Below, one piece after another: positions 1 through 13,262 of a DNA stretch of 64,000 nt; positions within the stretch are counted from its first letter, which is position 1, and each line of letters starts with the position of its first letter. The DNA is from Azolla caroliniana (lineage: Eukaryota; Plantae; Polypodiophyta): contig JBHGNT010000008.1 of NCBI GenBank assembly GCA_043228905.1, positions 1,612,001-1,676,000 on the forward strand, in the 5' to 3' direction. The notes beneath the pieces are model-generated. The model was not told the DNA's origin. It saw only the letters and a list, made by a program, of their open reading frames with translations, and did not search any database. Both the position numbers and the translations under genes were made by a program.

Positions 1-932
1 GACTAGCTTGCGATGAGAAACGGTTCTGACAAATTGTCGGAAGCCTTATTTATTTAACGATCACCTGACCCAACATAAGATATCCGGTCGGAGAGATTAG
101 TCAATTCATGCAAAAGCCAACCCTGGCGCACCTTCAGTGTGTGCATCGACTACTGAGGTATTTTAGCGATACTAAGGATCGAGGATTGTTATAATGACAT
201 GGTATAACCGAAAAGCTATTCGATATACGGATGCCTACTGGGCCGGAGATGCGTCGAATCGACGGTCCACTTCCAGATTTATGTTTTCTCTAGGTAGCGC
301 GGTTGTTGAGTGGAGCAGCAAAAACTAGCCAACAATGGCTTTGTCGAGCACTAAGGCTGAATATGGGGGCGCTACCATTGCCATCTGTGAAGCCATCCGG
401 CTTAGGTGACTACTGCAAGACCTCCGGATCAAAGTATCGACTATGATCCCGATCTACTACGACAACATGAGCAACATGCATCTGGCCAAGAACCCTGTGT
501 TCCATTCTCGGACAAAGCACATAGAAGTGCATTACCACTTTATGCGAGAGCGGGTCCTCAACGGTGAAGTCGAACTCTGGTATGTTTGGACGGATCGGCA
601 AGTTGCCGACATCTTCACCAAGGCCCTTGGAACCGACAAGTTGCAGCGTTTTTCGGAGATGCTTGGTCTTCAGCATGTCGACATGCCGCGCTTGAGGGGG
701 AGAACTGGTACTGATACAGGGAGAATCAGAATCGGAACGGAAATCGGGAAAGCAAGAAATGGCGCTAGACAAGCAGTCGGAGAGAAGGAAACAAACGAAG
801 CAGGGGGAGACAAGAAGAAAAACAGAGCCAAGTCGATTGAAGAAGTCTACACATCCGAACAAGTCGCAACAAGCGGCGACAGTAGCAAAGTCAAGAAGGA
901 CAAAGTCGACCGGAAGGAGAAGGCGAAGACTC
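1..932 (+). mobile_element. Ty1/copia fragment: RT C-terminus, RNase H and 3' extension; degenerate, truncated before the 3' LTR
   Basis: ORF 443-940 has copia RNase H motifs (YYDNMS..LAKNPVFHSRTKHIEVHYHF..QVADIFTKAL). It is the same family as the elements at 26300, 45161 and 46618. It joins an opposite-strand gag at ~933. Confidence 0.9.
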
Positions 933-2700
933 ATAATTAGCAATGCCTTTGTCCTTCTTAAGGTGTCAACAATTCATTTGGAAGTGACCAGTTTCCCACA
1001 ATAAAAACACGTGAGTCTTCCTCTGGACTTTGACCTGGCATGAGACTTGTCTCTATTTTGAGGACTTCTATGTTTATTTCTTCCTCTACTAAGGTTTTGT
1101 GCCACATTCGCTTCCGATTGAGACATTGCACTCTTATCCTTTCTTCTTGTCTCTTCGTTTAGAATGCTTGTCTTTACTACTTGTAAATACAAGTTCTCTT
1201 CTTGACAAGAAGCACTAAGTGACACTACATAGTTCTTGACGAGAACTAAACGCTCCTTATACGCAATGCTCAGCCACAACCGAGCTTAGAATCATGCACA
1301 AAAAACGGGAAATGAAAGCACGACACAATGGAGAGAAGAGTACACGGGATGTTTAACGTGGAAAACCCTGAGAGGGAAAAACCACGGCAGTCCAATGACT
1401 ACTAACTATCACTATGTCACAATAATTACAACAGTGAGCTCACGGAAGCAACGACCTCGCGCTCACGATCTTTGCCACAGGCGGCGATTACAACAGAGGC
1501 AACGACCTCTCTCTCTCTCTCTGTACACTGTTACGTGCTCTAATCTCGTGCAAAACAAGAATGATAACAACGTATAAAAGTTTGCCCTAAGTCATATTTA
1601 TACTAATATGACTTTTCGGCTATTTACAAATATAGCCTCGATGGGCTCTCAGAAACATATTTACGAATATGTCTCTTCATCCGGTGAGCACTCCTCACCG
1701 GGTCTTCACCATCTGGCTCTCCGTAGCCGGGTACTCCTCATCCGGTTCTTATCGGGTCTGCACCATCCGGCTCTCCGTAGTCGGGTACTCCTCATCCGCT
1801 TCTTACCGGGTCTGCACCATCCGGCTCTCCGTAGCCGGGTACTCCTCATCCGGTTCTCATCGGGTCTACACCATCCGGCTCTCCGTAGCCAGGTACTCGA
1901 TGGTGTAGACCCGATGAGAACCGGAGGGACTTGTCTCCCAACAGTTCTCCTAGCTGTCTGGTAGAGTACGTCGTAGTAATAGAGCCGGCATGGCATCATT
2001 TTATGGGAACTTTGTTGATCCTAGTTGGTTTACTAGTCCCATGAAGCTACTAATGTGCACCACATGCTATCACCATCTGTGTACTTTAGCCTCACTATTT
2101 TTCTCATCAGTGAAGCTTTCTTCAGAGCATTTTTCCTTTCATACAGCCCAGAGAGCTTATGGCACAGGTCGTACACATTTGTATCGTTTGCAACATGTTG
2201 TAGGATGCTCACGTCTACACATTGTCTGATGGTTAATAGCCTTTCTATTTAGGATTTTCCACTCAGACTCTATTACCCCTGTTGGTATGTCCGTCTTATC
2301 TATCGGCTCATACAAGTATCTACCTATCAGAAGATCCTCCATCTTTTGATCTTCCAGTTAGAATAGTTGTGAGAGTATCAGACTATTATTCGTGGAAAAC
2401 CACTCACACTTTCTTCCATCTAGGACCTAGTGCTCTGATATAGTGTGATGGATTTACAATCAGAGACAAACAACAGATTATTCTGAGGCACAAACAGAAA
2501 TCAAACTACATGCAATTTATGTGGAAAATCCCAGATCAGGAAAAAAAACCAGGGGCACTTTGGCCGACAAAATTTCACTATGAATGAGGAGTACAAAACA
2601 AAAGAGATAACAAAGCTTTCAGCTTTTCTAGAAGAACGGTTCAAGTCTTAGAGAGTATCACAGCCAGTATGAATCTCACAAACAACAATATATGGAAATT
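933..2700 (-). mobile_element. Old Ty1/copia 5' part: LTR remnant, degenerate PBS and gag with zinc knuckle; interrupted by a solo LTR
   Basis: Minus-strand gag pieces read YLYEPI..EWKILNRKA, then LPDS*ENYVVSLSAS across the solo LTR, then CFYCGK..GHF..C. A degenerate tRNA-Met PBS (gctctgata on +) lies near 2432. The outer LTR boundary is approximate. Confidence 0.75.
1237..1943 (-). mobile_element. Copia solo LTR (707 bp) with 5-bp TSD GTTCT
   Basis: TG...CA ends, with GTTCT at 1232-1236 and 1944-1948. Homologous to the LTRs at 34933-35591 and 38630-39280. Contains ~3.7 copies of a 54-bp tandem unit (~1697-1900). Confidence 0.92.
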
Positions 2701-4790
2701 TTTTTTACTAAACCTGTTCCGGTGGTGTAGATGCACCATATTTGTGTCTGAAACCATTTCTAGGGTTTGGCCAAGTTTCCACAGAACTGTGCCTATCCTT
2801 GCTATCTTCACGTCTTTCTCTCTTGTCTTGCTCACCAACAGCTAACGCAACAATTCTCTTCTCTGTTTTCAACCCTTGTTTCTCATGTTGTCTCAGTCTC
2901 TTTGTTTCTATGTTTCACTCATGCTCATCAGGAGGGGTACTCTTACATAACAGAAGGAGCACCACCTCAAAAAGAATCCAATGAAAGAAATGGTTAGGAA
3001 TTAATTAAGAATGTACTTGAAATTTGTGTGTGTTGTGGGTCGTGCTCATTGGGGCTAATATTTCAAATTGATTAGGGAACGTTTCTCTCTATACATTGGT
3101 GTATGCTTGGCAAAGAGAAGAAGACATATTGTATTGGTCACGTTAATCGGGCCACATGCGTGTGAATGTGTTAGGAAACAGGTCCCTCCAGATGGGAAGT
3201 GAGAAGAATCGTGTTGATGAGCAACTCGGTCGAGGCCGAAACCGGATGTGGAGTACTCGGCAACGGAAGACCCGGTGAAAACCGGATGACGAGTACCCGG
3301 CAAGGAAGACCCGATGAGAACCTCTCATCGGATGGAAGGGACATATATGTAAATATGTTCCAGAGAGCCCACCGAGGCTATATTTGTAAATAGCCCGAAA
3401 GTCATATTAGTATAAATATGACCTAGGGCAAACTGAATGTATGATGTAGAGTTGGTTGTGGGATTATCGTGGTGGCGATAACTCAGTGCGTAACTGTGTA
3501 CAGAGTAGAGAGAGAGAGAGGAAGAGGTTGTGGCCTCTGTTGTAACCGCCTGGTGGCGAAGCGAGGGAGCAAGAGGTCGTTGCCTATGTGCCCCATTGTT
3601 GTAATCTTGATATAGTGATATTTTGTAGTCCGAGGGCTGTTGTGGTTTTTCCCAGATTTGGGTTTTCCACGTTAACATCCAGTGCACTCTCTTCTTTACT
3701 GTTTCGCGTGTAGATACATCTCACTACATCCCTGTTTTTTTTCTGTGGTTGATTCGACATCTCGGTTGTGGCCGAGCATAACTTAGGAAACCGTATTCCT
3801 TTCAATTTGGTATCAGAGCGAGACGACACAGAAAAATGGACGATTCATTGGGAGGCATGTTCAAGCTCACCGGCTCCAACTATTCAGTGTGGAAGTCGAA
3901 GATGAGGGACATGCTAGTGGTTAAAGATCTTTGGTTGCCGATTTAGTTCGGGGACAAGAGACCGGACAAGATTGATGCCACGATATGGGAGGTGATGCAC
4001 ATGAAGACAACGACGTACATACGGTGCTTCATCGACATGAGCCTATACAACAACTTCAATGAAGAGAGCAAGGCTCATGAACTCTAGGAGAAGATCGACA
4101 TTATGTTTCAGAACAAAAATGTTGTTAATCAGGTTTCGGTATTTCGGAAGCTAGTAAGACTCCGGTACCAAGATGGCTCCAGAATGGCGGAGCACATGAA
4201 TACCTTCCAGGGGCTGATCCACCAGGCAACATCATTGGACGTACCTCTCGCCAATGAGGTACTAGCACTACTCCTGCTCGGTTCCCTCCTAGATAGCTGG
4301 GAGACGTTGGTTGTCACTTTGGGCAACGCCGGGCCGGAAGGAAAACGGTTATCCCTAGCAAGAGTGAAGTCGAGCTTGCTAGATGAGGAGGTGCGTCGGA
4401 AAGATAAGGATACGAGCTCCAATTCCAAAGCGCTCCTTACCAAATCGCAACGCGGAAGACAAAGTAACCGTATCCCCCAGAACTAAGGAAAGTCGAGGAC
4501 ACGGTCAAAGTCAAGGGGGAGGCCTACTTGCTTCTATTGCGGCAAGCTGGGACACTTCCAGAAGAACTGTCGGCACTTCCAAAAAGACAAAGAGACTGAC
4601 TGTACCGATTCGAAGAAGACACCGGACTGGAACGGTAAAGACCGGAGGGGGCCGGACCAGAAGGGAACGACGACAATCGCGGCAAGTGAAGAAGAGTTGA
4701 TGCTCATCACCAAATCGGTTCAACGCCAGTCTTAAGCCTCCTAGCTACTATTGTACATTCTCTTCACATAATACATATCTTTTCTTATCA

Positions 4791-4827
<37 letters not shown>

Positions 4828-4945
4828 CTCTTTCTCTCTCCCTCTCACTCACTCTTTCCTTCTCTCGAGAGTTCTTCACCTCTCTTAGTACTAATACTTC
4901 TTTTAGTACTAATTCCTTCTCTGTCTTAGTACTGTTCCTGACAGT

Positions 4946-4957
4946 TTGAACCGATTT
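4946..4957 (+). promoter_or_regulatory. Self-priming primer-binding site of the chromovirus
   Basis: TTGAACCGATTT, 2 nt after the LTR end, is the exact reverse complement of AAATCGGTTCAA at 4712-4723 (9973-9984 in the 3' LTR, 33 nt after the start of TATAAAA at 9940). No TGG tRNA-type PBS is present. Confidence 0.8.
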
Positions 4958-6164
4958 TGGTCGATCTTCCTTCCGTATCTTCCTTTCCTCCTCTTCCTTT
5001 TATCTTCTTATTAATCCTCTTATCCTACCTAGTAAAATGGAAACTGTTAGCTCTCAGGAATACCAATTTGTTTTCTCGGAGGTCCAGTGCTTAAAAGAGA
5101 AATTTGTAGTACTAGAACAAGAAAATCATCGTTTGTTGGGGGATCTTCAACAAGTAGCACTAGAAAAATAACAACAACATGGGAAGCTGACGTTACATGT
5201 ACAACAACTCAAAGCGACTATCATATCATTACAACAACAAGGATCAAACACTCAAGGGATTCATAAAGAACCCAAGATCGGTCTTCCTACAAAATTTGAT
5301 GGGACTCGATCACAGTTTAGAGGGTTTTTGAATCAGGTACGTTTAGTGATACAAATGCATCCTTCTCGATATCCCACTGATGCATCACGAGTGGGACTAG
5401 TAGACACTCTCCTTAGTGGCTCAGCGTTAGCATGGTTTGCTCCATTGTTGGAAAAGGAATCTCTATTACTAAATAGTTTTGAAGAATTTATAAGTGAATT
5501 TAAGGCCTGTTTTGGAGATACTAACAGCATAAGGACTGCAATCAACAAAATCAGGCGATTACGCCAAGGTGATCGTCTAGCCTCCGCATACGTTGCAGAT
5601 TTCCGCCTACTCGCTGCCGATATCTCTTGGGATGATCACGCATTGATGGAGCAATTCCGTTATGGCTTACGCAACGATGTCAAGGATTTACTCTTGACCT
5701 TCCTCGAAGAGCCAAAGTCATTAACAGAAGCAATTAGTCGTGCGGTGAGATGCGACAACCGCCTCTTCGAATGACGTTCGGAATGACAATTCCAAATTCT
5801 GAGGGCAAGATCAGAGCCTACGTACGCCTCAATGGTAGCGAAACCTTTTTTGAGGGAGTCATATAATGCGCCTCTAGTAAGTACTCCAACTCTTATGGAA
5901 ATTGATACCACACGTCGTTGAGGACCGCTATCGGAAGAAGAAAAGCAACGACGCCGAGCAAACCGACTGTCTTTATTGCAGTGGACCAGGGAATATCACG
6001 GTAAACTGTCCCCATAGGCCAAGAAGGCAGGTAAAACAAATAGTTGCTAGTTCTAATTGTACTAAACCTGAGTCTATTTCAGTAAGGATATCTGATAGTC
6101 CTAATAGTACTAATAGCCCAAATCTAGTGAACAAATTTGATGTCCTTAGTCAGTTAGAGGAAGA

Positions 6165-6217
6165 GTTAAACGACTAAGTCCAGCCAAAATAGGAGTTGTT
6201 TGGTTGGATAGCCCTAG
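6165..6217 (+). promoter_or_regulatory. Putative gag-pol -1 ribosomal frameshift signal
   Basis: G TTA AAC at the end of gag, then stem TCCAGCCAAA (6179-6188) / TTTGGTTGGA (6199-6208). Loop TAGG could pair with downstream CCTA. Pol is in the -1 frame relative to gag. Confidence 0.6.
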
Positions 6218-6266
6218 ATCTGTGCAACCCATTAGTGGTTCCATTTCCTCTTAGCAAATTAGCAAT

Positions 6267-9200
6267 GTGTTCGTAGCCCAAGTAATAGTTAGTACTAAAA
6301 GTACTCCTCCACTACATGTCTTAGCACTTCTAGATTCCGGAGCTAATTCTTGCTTCATGGATAGGAAATTTGCCCAACCTCATCATATATCTCTCAGAAA
6401 ACTCCCGTGTCCTGCCTCTGTAGTAGTCATTGATGGTCGTCCCATTGCTTCTGGAAATATCATAGAAGAGTCAGAGCCCGTTAATATTGTCCTAGATAAT
6501 CTAGCATGTGTCGTATCATTTAATATAATTAGCATCCCAGAACACCCCATTGTCTTAAGATTACCATGGTTCGAATTACATAACCCAGACATAGATTGGC
6601 AGACAAGAGAAATCTGGCATCGAAAAGCCCGAGGGTCTACTCAGGAGATTGCAACGATTTCACTACATCAGTTGCGTGAGGAAGGACGCAAGGAAGAAAT
6701 GTTCCTCTTCGCAATATCAGTAAAACCCTCCAGTACCACTAAAGAGGAATCCACCGTTCAACTTCCAGAGAAGTATCATCATTATGTCGATGTGTTTAAT
6801 AAAGTACAAGCCAATACGCTTCCTCACCATCGACCATATGATTGCCCCATCAATTTACAACCGGGGAAAGAGCCACCATGGGGACCGATCTACAATCTGT
6901 CACCAACCGAACTGGAAATCCTTCGAGCCTATATAGAGGAGAATTTGGAGAATGGTTTCATACGACATTCAAAATCTCCAGCCGGCGCACCCATTTTCTT
7001 CGTCAAGAAAAAGGATGGCTCACTTCGTCTCGTTGTAGATTGTCGTGGCTTGAATAAGGTTACAATCCGAAATAGGTATGCACTCCCCCTTATCTCAAGT
7101 CTTTTAGAACGGATCAATGGTGTTAGGTTCTTCACGAAGATCGACTTACGGGGGGAGCCTATAACCTCGTATGGATCCGACTAGGAGATGAATGGAAGAC
7201 TGCGTTCCGCACCAGATATGGGCACTTCGAGTATATGATCATGCCGTTTGGCCTCACTAATGCACCAGAAATCTTCCAGCACATGGCAAACGATATTTTC
7301 CGAGATCTCTTGGATGTGTGTCTAATCATCTATTTGGATGATCTACTAGTTTACTCAAAGACCCAAGAAGAGCATGATTCTCATGTACTGTTAGTACTAA
7401 AACGACTTCGAGAACATGATCTTTATGCAAAGCTGGAAAAATGTAGTTTCGGGTGCAACCAGGTGGAATTTCTCGGCTATGTCATTTCCTCAGAAGGCAT
7501 CTCCATGGACCCAGCTAAGGTCAAAACAGTGGTAGAATGGCAAAATCCGCGTTCGGTGTGGGATGTGCAATGCTTTCTAGGCTTTGCCAATTTTTACCGG
7601 AAGTTTATAAAAGATTACTCAAAGCTCGTTTTGCCTCTTACACAACTTACTAGAAAGGGACAATCGTTCATTTGGTCTGAAGAAGCAGACATGGCTTTTG
7701 AGAATCTTAAACAGGCATTTATATCGGCTCCGATTCTAGCTCACGTTAATCCAGAAAAACCATTCATCATCGAAGCGGACACATCGGATTTTGCATTGGT
7801 GAGCATTCTATCACAACGAGGTAATGATGAAAAGCTACATCCTGTGGCTTTTCACTCACGCAAGTTTGACTATGCCGAAATCAACTACGAAATTCATGAT
7901 AAAGAGCTATTGGCCACAGTGGACTCTTTTATGCAATGGGGGCATTTTCTAGAGGGATCTCCTCATCAAGCCACTGTATTCAGTGACCACAAAAACCTCG
8001 CCTATTTTCAAGACGCTCGTGTGTTAAATCGACGTCAAGCTCGGTGGGCCCATTTTCTCACGCGTTTCGACTTCAAGATTACATATCGACCTAGGAAGCA
8101 TCAAGGGAAAGCAGATGCATTATCACGGTGTTCGTACCTAGCACCGCGTCCCGGCGAGCCAGCTTTTGATAACCAAAAGCAAATAATCTTGGGACCGGCA
8201 CGACTGCAAGCAACACAGGTCTTTGGCATGCCCATGGATTCCCACGTTATCAATATCATACGTGCGGACCTGAAGACAAATGCTTTCGCCCAAGCTATAC
8301 TAACACAAATTGATCCCTCTCGAGCGTTGTGTTCACAATCGCAACCACCAGGTATGGACTATCTGCAATTCAAATACCATGATGGATTAGTCTTCTTTAA
8401 AGAACTTTTGTATGTTCCTAATGGTTCTTGCCGCCTTCGAGTAGTACAAAACTGTCATGGCACATATACAGTTGGGCATTTTGGTAGTACTAAAACATTA
8501 GATTTAGTACAACGATCATTCTGGTGGCCCCGTATGCGACAATTTGTCGAAGATTTTGTTCGGACTTGTGATACATGTTGCAGAGTGAAAATGCCAAGGC
8601 ATCATCCATATGGTTTATTAAAACCATTACCAATTCCAAGCAAGCCGTGGCAATCCATTGCTCTAGACTTCATCACAGATCTTCCAGTCTCTAAGGGGTT
8701 CAATGCGATTCTAACAGTGGTAGATCGATATACGAAGATGGCTCATTTCTTGCCATGTACTAAGGAAATCTCCAGTGAAGACACCGCCGAAATTGTCATG
8801 CGTGAAGTATGTCGGCATCATGGACTTCCCGATAGTATCATCAGCGACTGCGAACCCCAGTTTGTGTCAAAATTCTGGAAGCACCTATTTAAAATGCTCA
8901 AGGTCACTTGTAACCTCTCCTCCGGCTACCACCCACAAACCGACGGCCAAGCCAAACGAACAAATCAGACGCTGGAGCAGTATCTACGGTGCTTTCTCAA
9001 CTATCATCAGGATGATTGGGCAGATATTCTCCACTTCGCCGAATTTACCTATAATAACTCTATCCACACATCAACTAAAGTTACGCCATTTTATGCTTAT
9101 ACGGGATGTCACCCCCAGTGGTGTGTTCTTGAAACCCCAGAAGTGTCCACAAATCCTTGCGTGGAGGATCGTTTGGAGCAGTTACACAAGATACAAGCGG

Positions 9201-9763
9201 ATTTATCTACTCATCTCCAACAAGCTCAACAAACACACAAGGTTTATGCGGATCGTCATCGACTCCCATTCAGTTTTAACATTGGAGATCGGGCATGGCT
9301 ACTACAACGACACATCAAGACTACTCGCCCATGCGAGAAGTTGGATTATCAACGATTAGGTCCTTTCCGTATTATAGGAAAGATTAATGATGTCACTTTT
9401 TGTCTCGATCTACCTCCGCAACTTCGGATACATCCGGTGTTTCATAGTTCTCTCCTCGAACCATATCAAGAGAGCACCATCCCAGGACGTATTACACAGC
9501 CTCCACCCCCGATCGAGCTTGAAGATGGACCTGAGTACGAGGTTTCTGCCATCCTTGATTCCAAGATTGTTCGCAACAAGCTCTACTATCTAATCGATTG
9601 GCTAGGATATAGTCCCAACGAGCGTACTTGGGAACCGATAGAGAATGTCACTAATACTCGTGCTCTTCTCGAAGACTTCCATCGTCAATATCCAGACAAA
9701 CCGGGTCCTCAATCCAAAATGACTCGTTACACTCGTTGTTTTAAAGGGGGGATAGTGTCATGA
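6267..9763 (+). pseudogene. Chromovirus pol (PR-RT-RH-IN-chromodomain), frameshifted near 7150-7184
   Basis: ORFs 6267-7184 and 7235-9763. The C-terminal EYEVSAILDSK..YYLIDWLGYSPNERTWEP is a canonical chromodomain with the aromatic cage residues present. Confidence 0.93.
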
Positions 9764-11582
9764 TATGGCAAGACTCAAACCCATGACCATATGCTACATG
9801 GGTCGAGCTCTTAACCATTAGACCATACATTATAATACGTAGAAGGTTATTTTCATTTATGTTTTATTATAGAAAATTGATGTATATTCTAGATTTCTCT
9901 GGAACATTCTAGAAGATTCAAGAGTATTCCTTAGAACACTATAAAAGGAGGCACAAGGCATTATTTCAAACCAAATCGGTTCAACGCCAGTCTTAAGCCT
10001 CCTAGCTACTACTGTACATTCTCTTCACATAATACATATCTTTTCTTATCATCACTCTCTCTCTCTCTCTCTCTCTCTCGATCTCTTTCTCTCTCCCTCT
10101 CACTCACTCTTTCCTTCTCTCGAGAGTTCTTCACCTCTCTTAGTACTAATACTTCTTTTAGTACTAATTCCTTCTCTGTCTTAGTACTGTTCCTGACAGA
10201 ATGAAGGTACATGCCGAATTGTCGGCATAGGAGACGTGTGGTTGACAACGCCAACCGGATGCAAGCTGCTGCTAAAGGATGTCCGACACGTTCCGGAGGT
10301 TCGACTGAACCTGATATCAGTCGGTCGGCTAGATGATGAAGGCTCAATGGGTAGCATCCGGAACGGAGTCATGAAATTCAGCAAAGGGAGCCTGATTGTG
10401 GCTCGGGCCCGGAAGGTCAACACGATGTACCTAATGAATGCTCGGTTATGCCCAGAAGAAGTAAACGTGGCTTCCGACACTACCGGTGAGCTATGGCACA
10501 AGAGGCTGTGTCACATAAGCGAGAAGGGGATGAAGAGGCTTGCAAATGACAACCTCCTTCCAGTGAAGAACGTGCACTTGGAGAAGTGCACTAATTGTCT
10601 GGCCAGTAAACATAACCGGACCTCCTTCCGATTGAGGCCACCGATGAGACGTAATGCACCACTGGAGTTGGTGCATACTGATGTGTGTCAAGTGGACACA
10701 AAGTCACATGCCGGATCACAGTACTTCGTGACGTTCATAGATGACCACAACCGAAAGCTATGGGCCACACCGTTGAAGGCGAAGGATCAGGTGCTATCCG
10801 TCTTCAAAGAGCTCCACGCGAGAGTGGAAAGAGAAACCGGCCGGAAGCTGAAGGCGGTTCGAGCAGATAACGGAGGTGAATACCGGGGGAAGTTCGAGGA
10901 GTATTGTCGCTCGAAGGGAATCTGGCTCGAATTTACCGTGCCGAAGATGCCGGAACTAAACAGGCTGGCCGAGAGGATGAATCGGACCATAATGGAGAGG
11001 GTCTGAAGTATGCTGGCACATGCAAAATTACCCAAGAAATTTTGGGCTGAGGCACTATCGACGGCGACATATGTGATAAACAGATCACCCTCGATACCCT
11101 TGGACGGAGACACGCCACAGAGAGTCTGGACCGGTAAGGAAGTGTCCTACCAGCATCTGAAGGTATTCGGGTGTCTTGCGTACGTGCATGTAGCTAAGGA
11201 CCGGAGAGGAAAGTGAGATCCGAAGACCCGGCCATGCATATTCCTCGGTTACGACGACGATGAGTTCGGCTACCGAGTGTGGGACTTGGCCGACAAGAAA
11301 GTATTCTGGAGTCGAGATATTATCTTCATGGAGGACAAGACGCTCGCCGACTGGGAGTCAGAGAAGAAGATAATGAACTCCAAGTCGACCGGTAAGGATC
11401 GATTCTACGATGAGCAGACCCAACCGGCAAGAGACCGGTTAGCACTCGATGAACCGGCCGGTGATGGTAAGGAGACGAGATAGGCCAAAGAAGAAGGAAT
11501 AGGTGAAACCGAAACCGGCCAAGACCCCGAATCGGATTCGGATGAAGAGCAAAACGCCAAATCGGATTCAGATGAAGAGCAA

Positions 11583-13262
11583 ATGGAGGAGCCGGTTACC
11601 GAAGCCCAAGGACGCAAATATCCTCTCAGAGAGAGAAGGCCCCCCCGGAGATTTCCGGATCTAGAGCACGTGTTACTAACCGATGAGGGGGAGCCAGAAA
11701 GCTTCGAGGAAGCTAAAAGTGACACCCATAGCCGCAAATGGTTAAGTGCCATGCAGGATGTGATGGATTCGTTGCATGAGAACCATACGTTCGAATTGGT
11801 GGAGTTGCCGAAAGGTAAGCTGGCACTCCGAAACAAGTGGGTGTACAAGTTGAAACCGGAAGATGCCGGCAACCCTCCAAGGTACAAAGCCAGGATCGTG
11901 GTGAAGGGGTTCCAACAGAAGAAGGGCGTGGATTTCGATGAGATATTTGCCCCGATAGTAAAGATGACTTCCATTCGGACAATGCTGAGCATAGCGGCAA
12001 GGATGGACCTCGAGGTAGAGCAATTAGACGTGAAGACGGTGTTCCTCCACGGCGACCTCGAAGAGGAGATCTACATGCAGCAACCGGAGGGATTTGTGAA
12101 GAAAGGGAAGGAGCACCTAGTTTGCCGGTTGAAGAAGAGCCTGTACGGACTGAAGCAGGCTCCCCGACAATGGTACTGGAAGTTCGACGTCTTCATGACC
12201 GATCAAGGGTACCACAAGACGCAGGCCGATCACTGCGTATTTGTGAAGAAGTTGGAAGGTGGAGACTTCCTAATACTCCTTCTGTACGTGGACTACATGT
12301 TGATCGTCGGTCGGGACCAAGCCAAAATACGGATGCTGAAGAAGGCTCTCAATGGAACCTTCGCAATGAAAGACTTGGGCCCGGCAAAACAAATACTGGG
12401 GATGCACTTTATCTGGGACCGGTCGAAGAAGCAATTGTGGTTGTCACAGGAGAAATACATGACAAAGGTGCTTCAGCGGTTCAACATGTTAGAAGCGAAA
12501 CCGGTTGGATCGACACTCCCGGCAAACTGCAGACTATCCGGTAAGCAAAGCCCGAAGACGAAAGCAGAGAAGGCGGATATGATGAAGGTTCCATATGCCT
12601 CTACCATCGGGAGCTTGATGTACGCAATGGTGTGTACTCGACCGGATATTGGATATGCAGTCGGAGTGGTGAGCTGGTTTATGAGCAATCCCGGCAAGGA
12701 GCACTGGAACGCGGTCAAATGGATACTCCGGTACTTGAAGGGCACTTCGAATATGTGTCTCCGATTCGGCTCCTGTAAACCTCAACTTGACGGTTTTACC
12801 GATTCGGACATGTCGGCTGATGTGGATACCAGCCGGTCTACATCCGGGTATGTAATGACATATGCAGGGGGAGCTATTTCGTGGCATTTGAGGCTGCAGA
12901 AGACGGTTGCGTTGTCAACCACGGAGGCGGAGTACATGGCAGCTGTTGAAGCTGGCAAGGAAATATTATGGATGAAGGACTTCATCGGAGAGCTCGATAT
13001 CCGGCAAGATGAATACCGACTCTATTGCGATAGTCAAAGTGCCATCCACCTTGCTAATAACGCAACGTACCATTCCAGGACGAAGCACATCCAGCGCAGG
13101 TATCACTGGATCCGGGAGCGAGTAGAAGATCGAGAGTTCGCGCTGACGAAGATCCACACGACCGAGAACGGATCAGATATGTTGACCAAAGTACTGATAC
13201 CCGACAAGCTGGATGCATGTCGGAAGCGAATCGGACTAGTAAGACATCCCATGCCAGAGTGA
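11583..13262 (+). pseudogene. Copia pol, RT and RNase H portion (catalytic YVDD changed to YVDY)
   Basis: Motifs KARIVVKGFQQ, QLDVKTVFLHG, LYGLKQAPRQW, LLYVDY, STTEAEY, HSRTKHI. Confidence 0.93.

Larger units (their letters stand above)
4709..10198 (+). mobile_element. Ty3/gypsy chromovirus (Tcn1 / Tf1-sushi-like) nested in copia; 5' LTR lacks U3
   Basis: 3' LTR 9756-10198 (TGTCA..TGACA) follows PPT AAAGGGGGGATAG. The 5' LTR remnant 4709-4943 is nearly identical to 9970-10198. Gag 5037-6177 has stops. Pol 6267-9763 has protease LLDSGA, RT YLDD, RNase H, HHCC integrase, GPF motif and a chromodomain. Confidence 0.95.

Noticed and set aside
1608-1999. Repetitive ORFs (GLHHPALRSRVLLIRF) or a CRISPR-like array
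   Set aside because: These are 54-bp head-to-tail repeats in an LTR, with no unique spacers and no cas genes.
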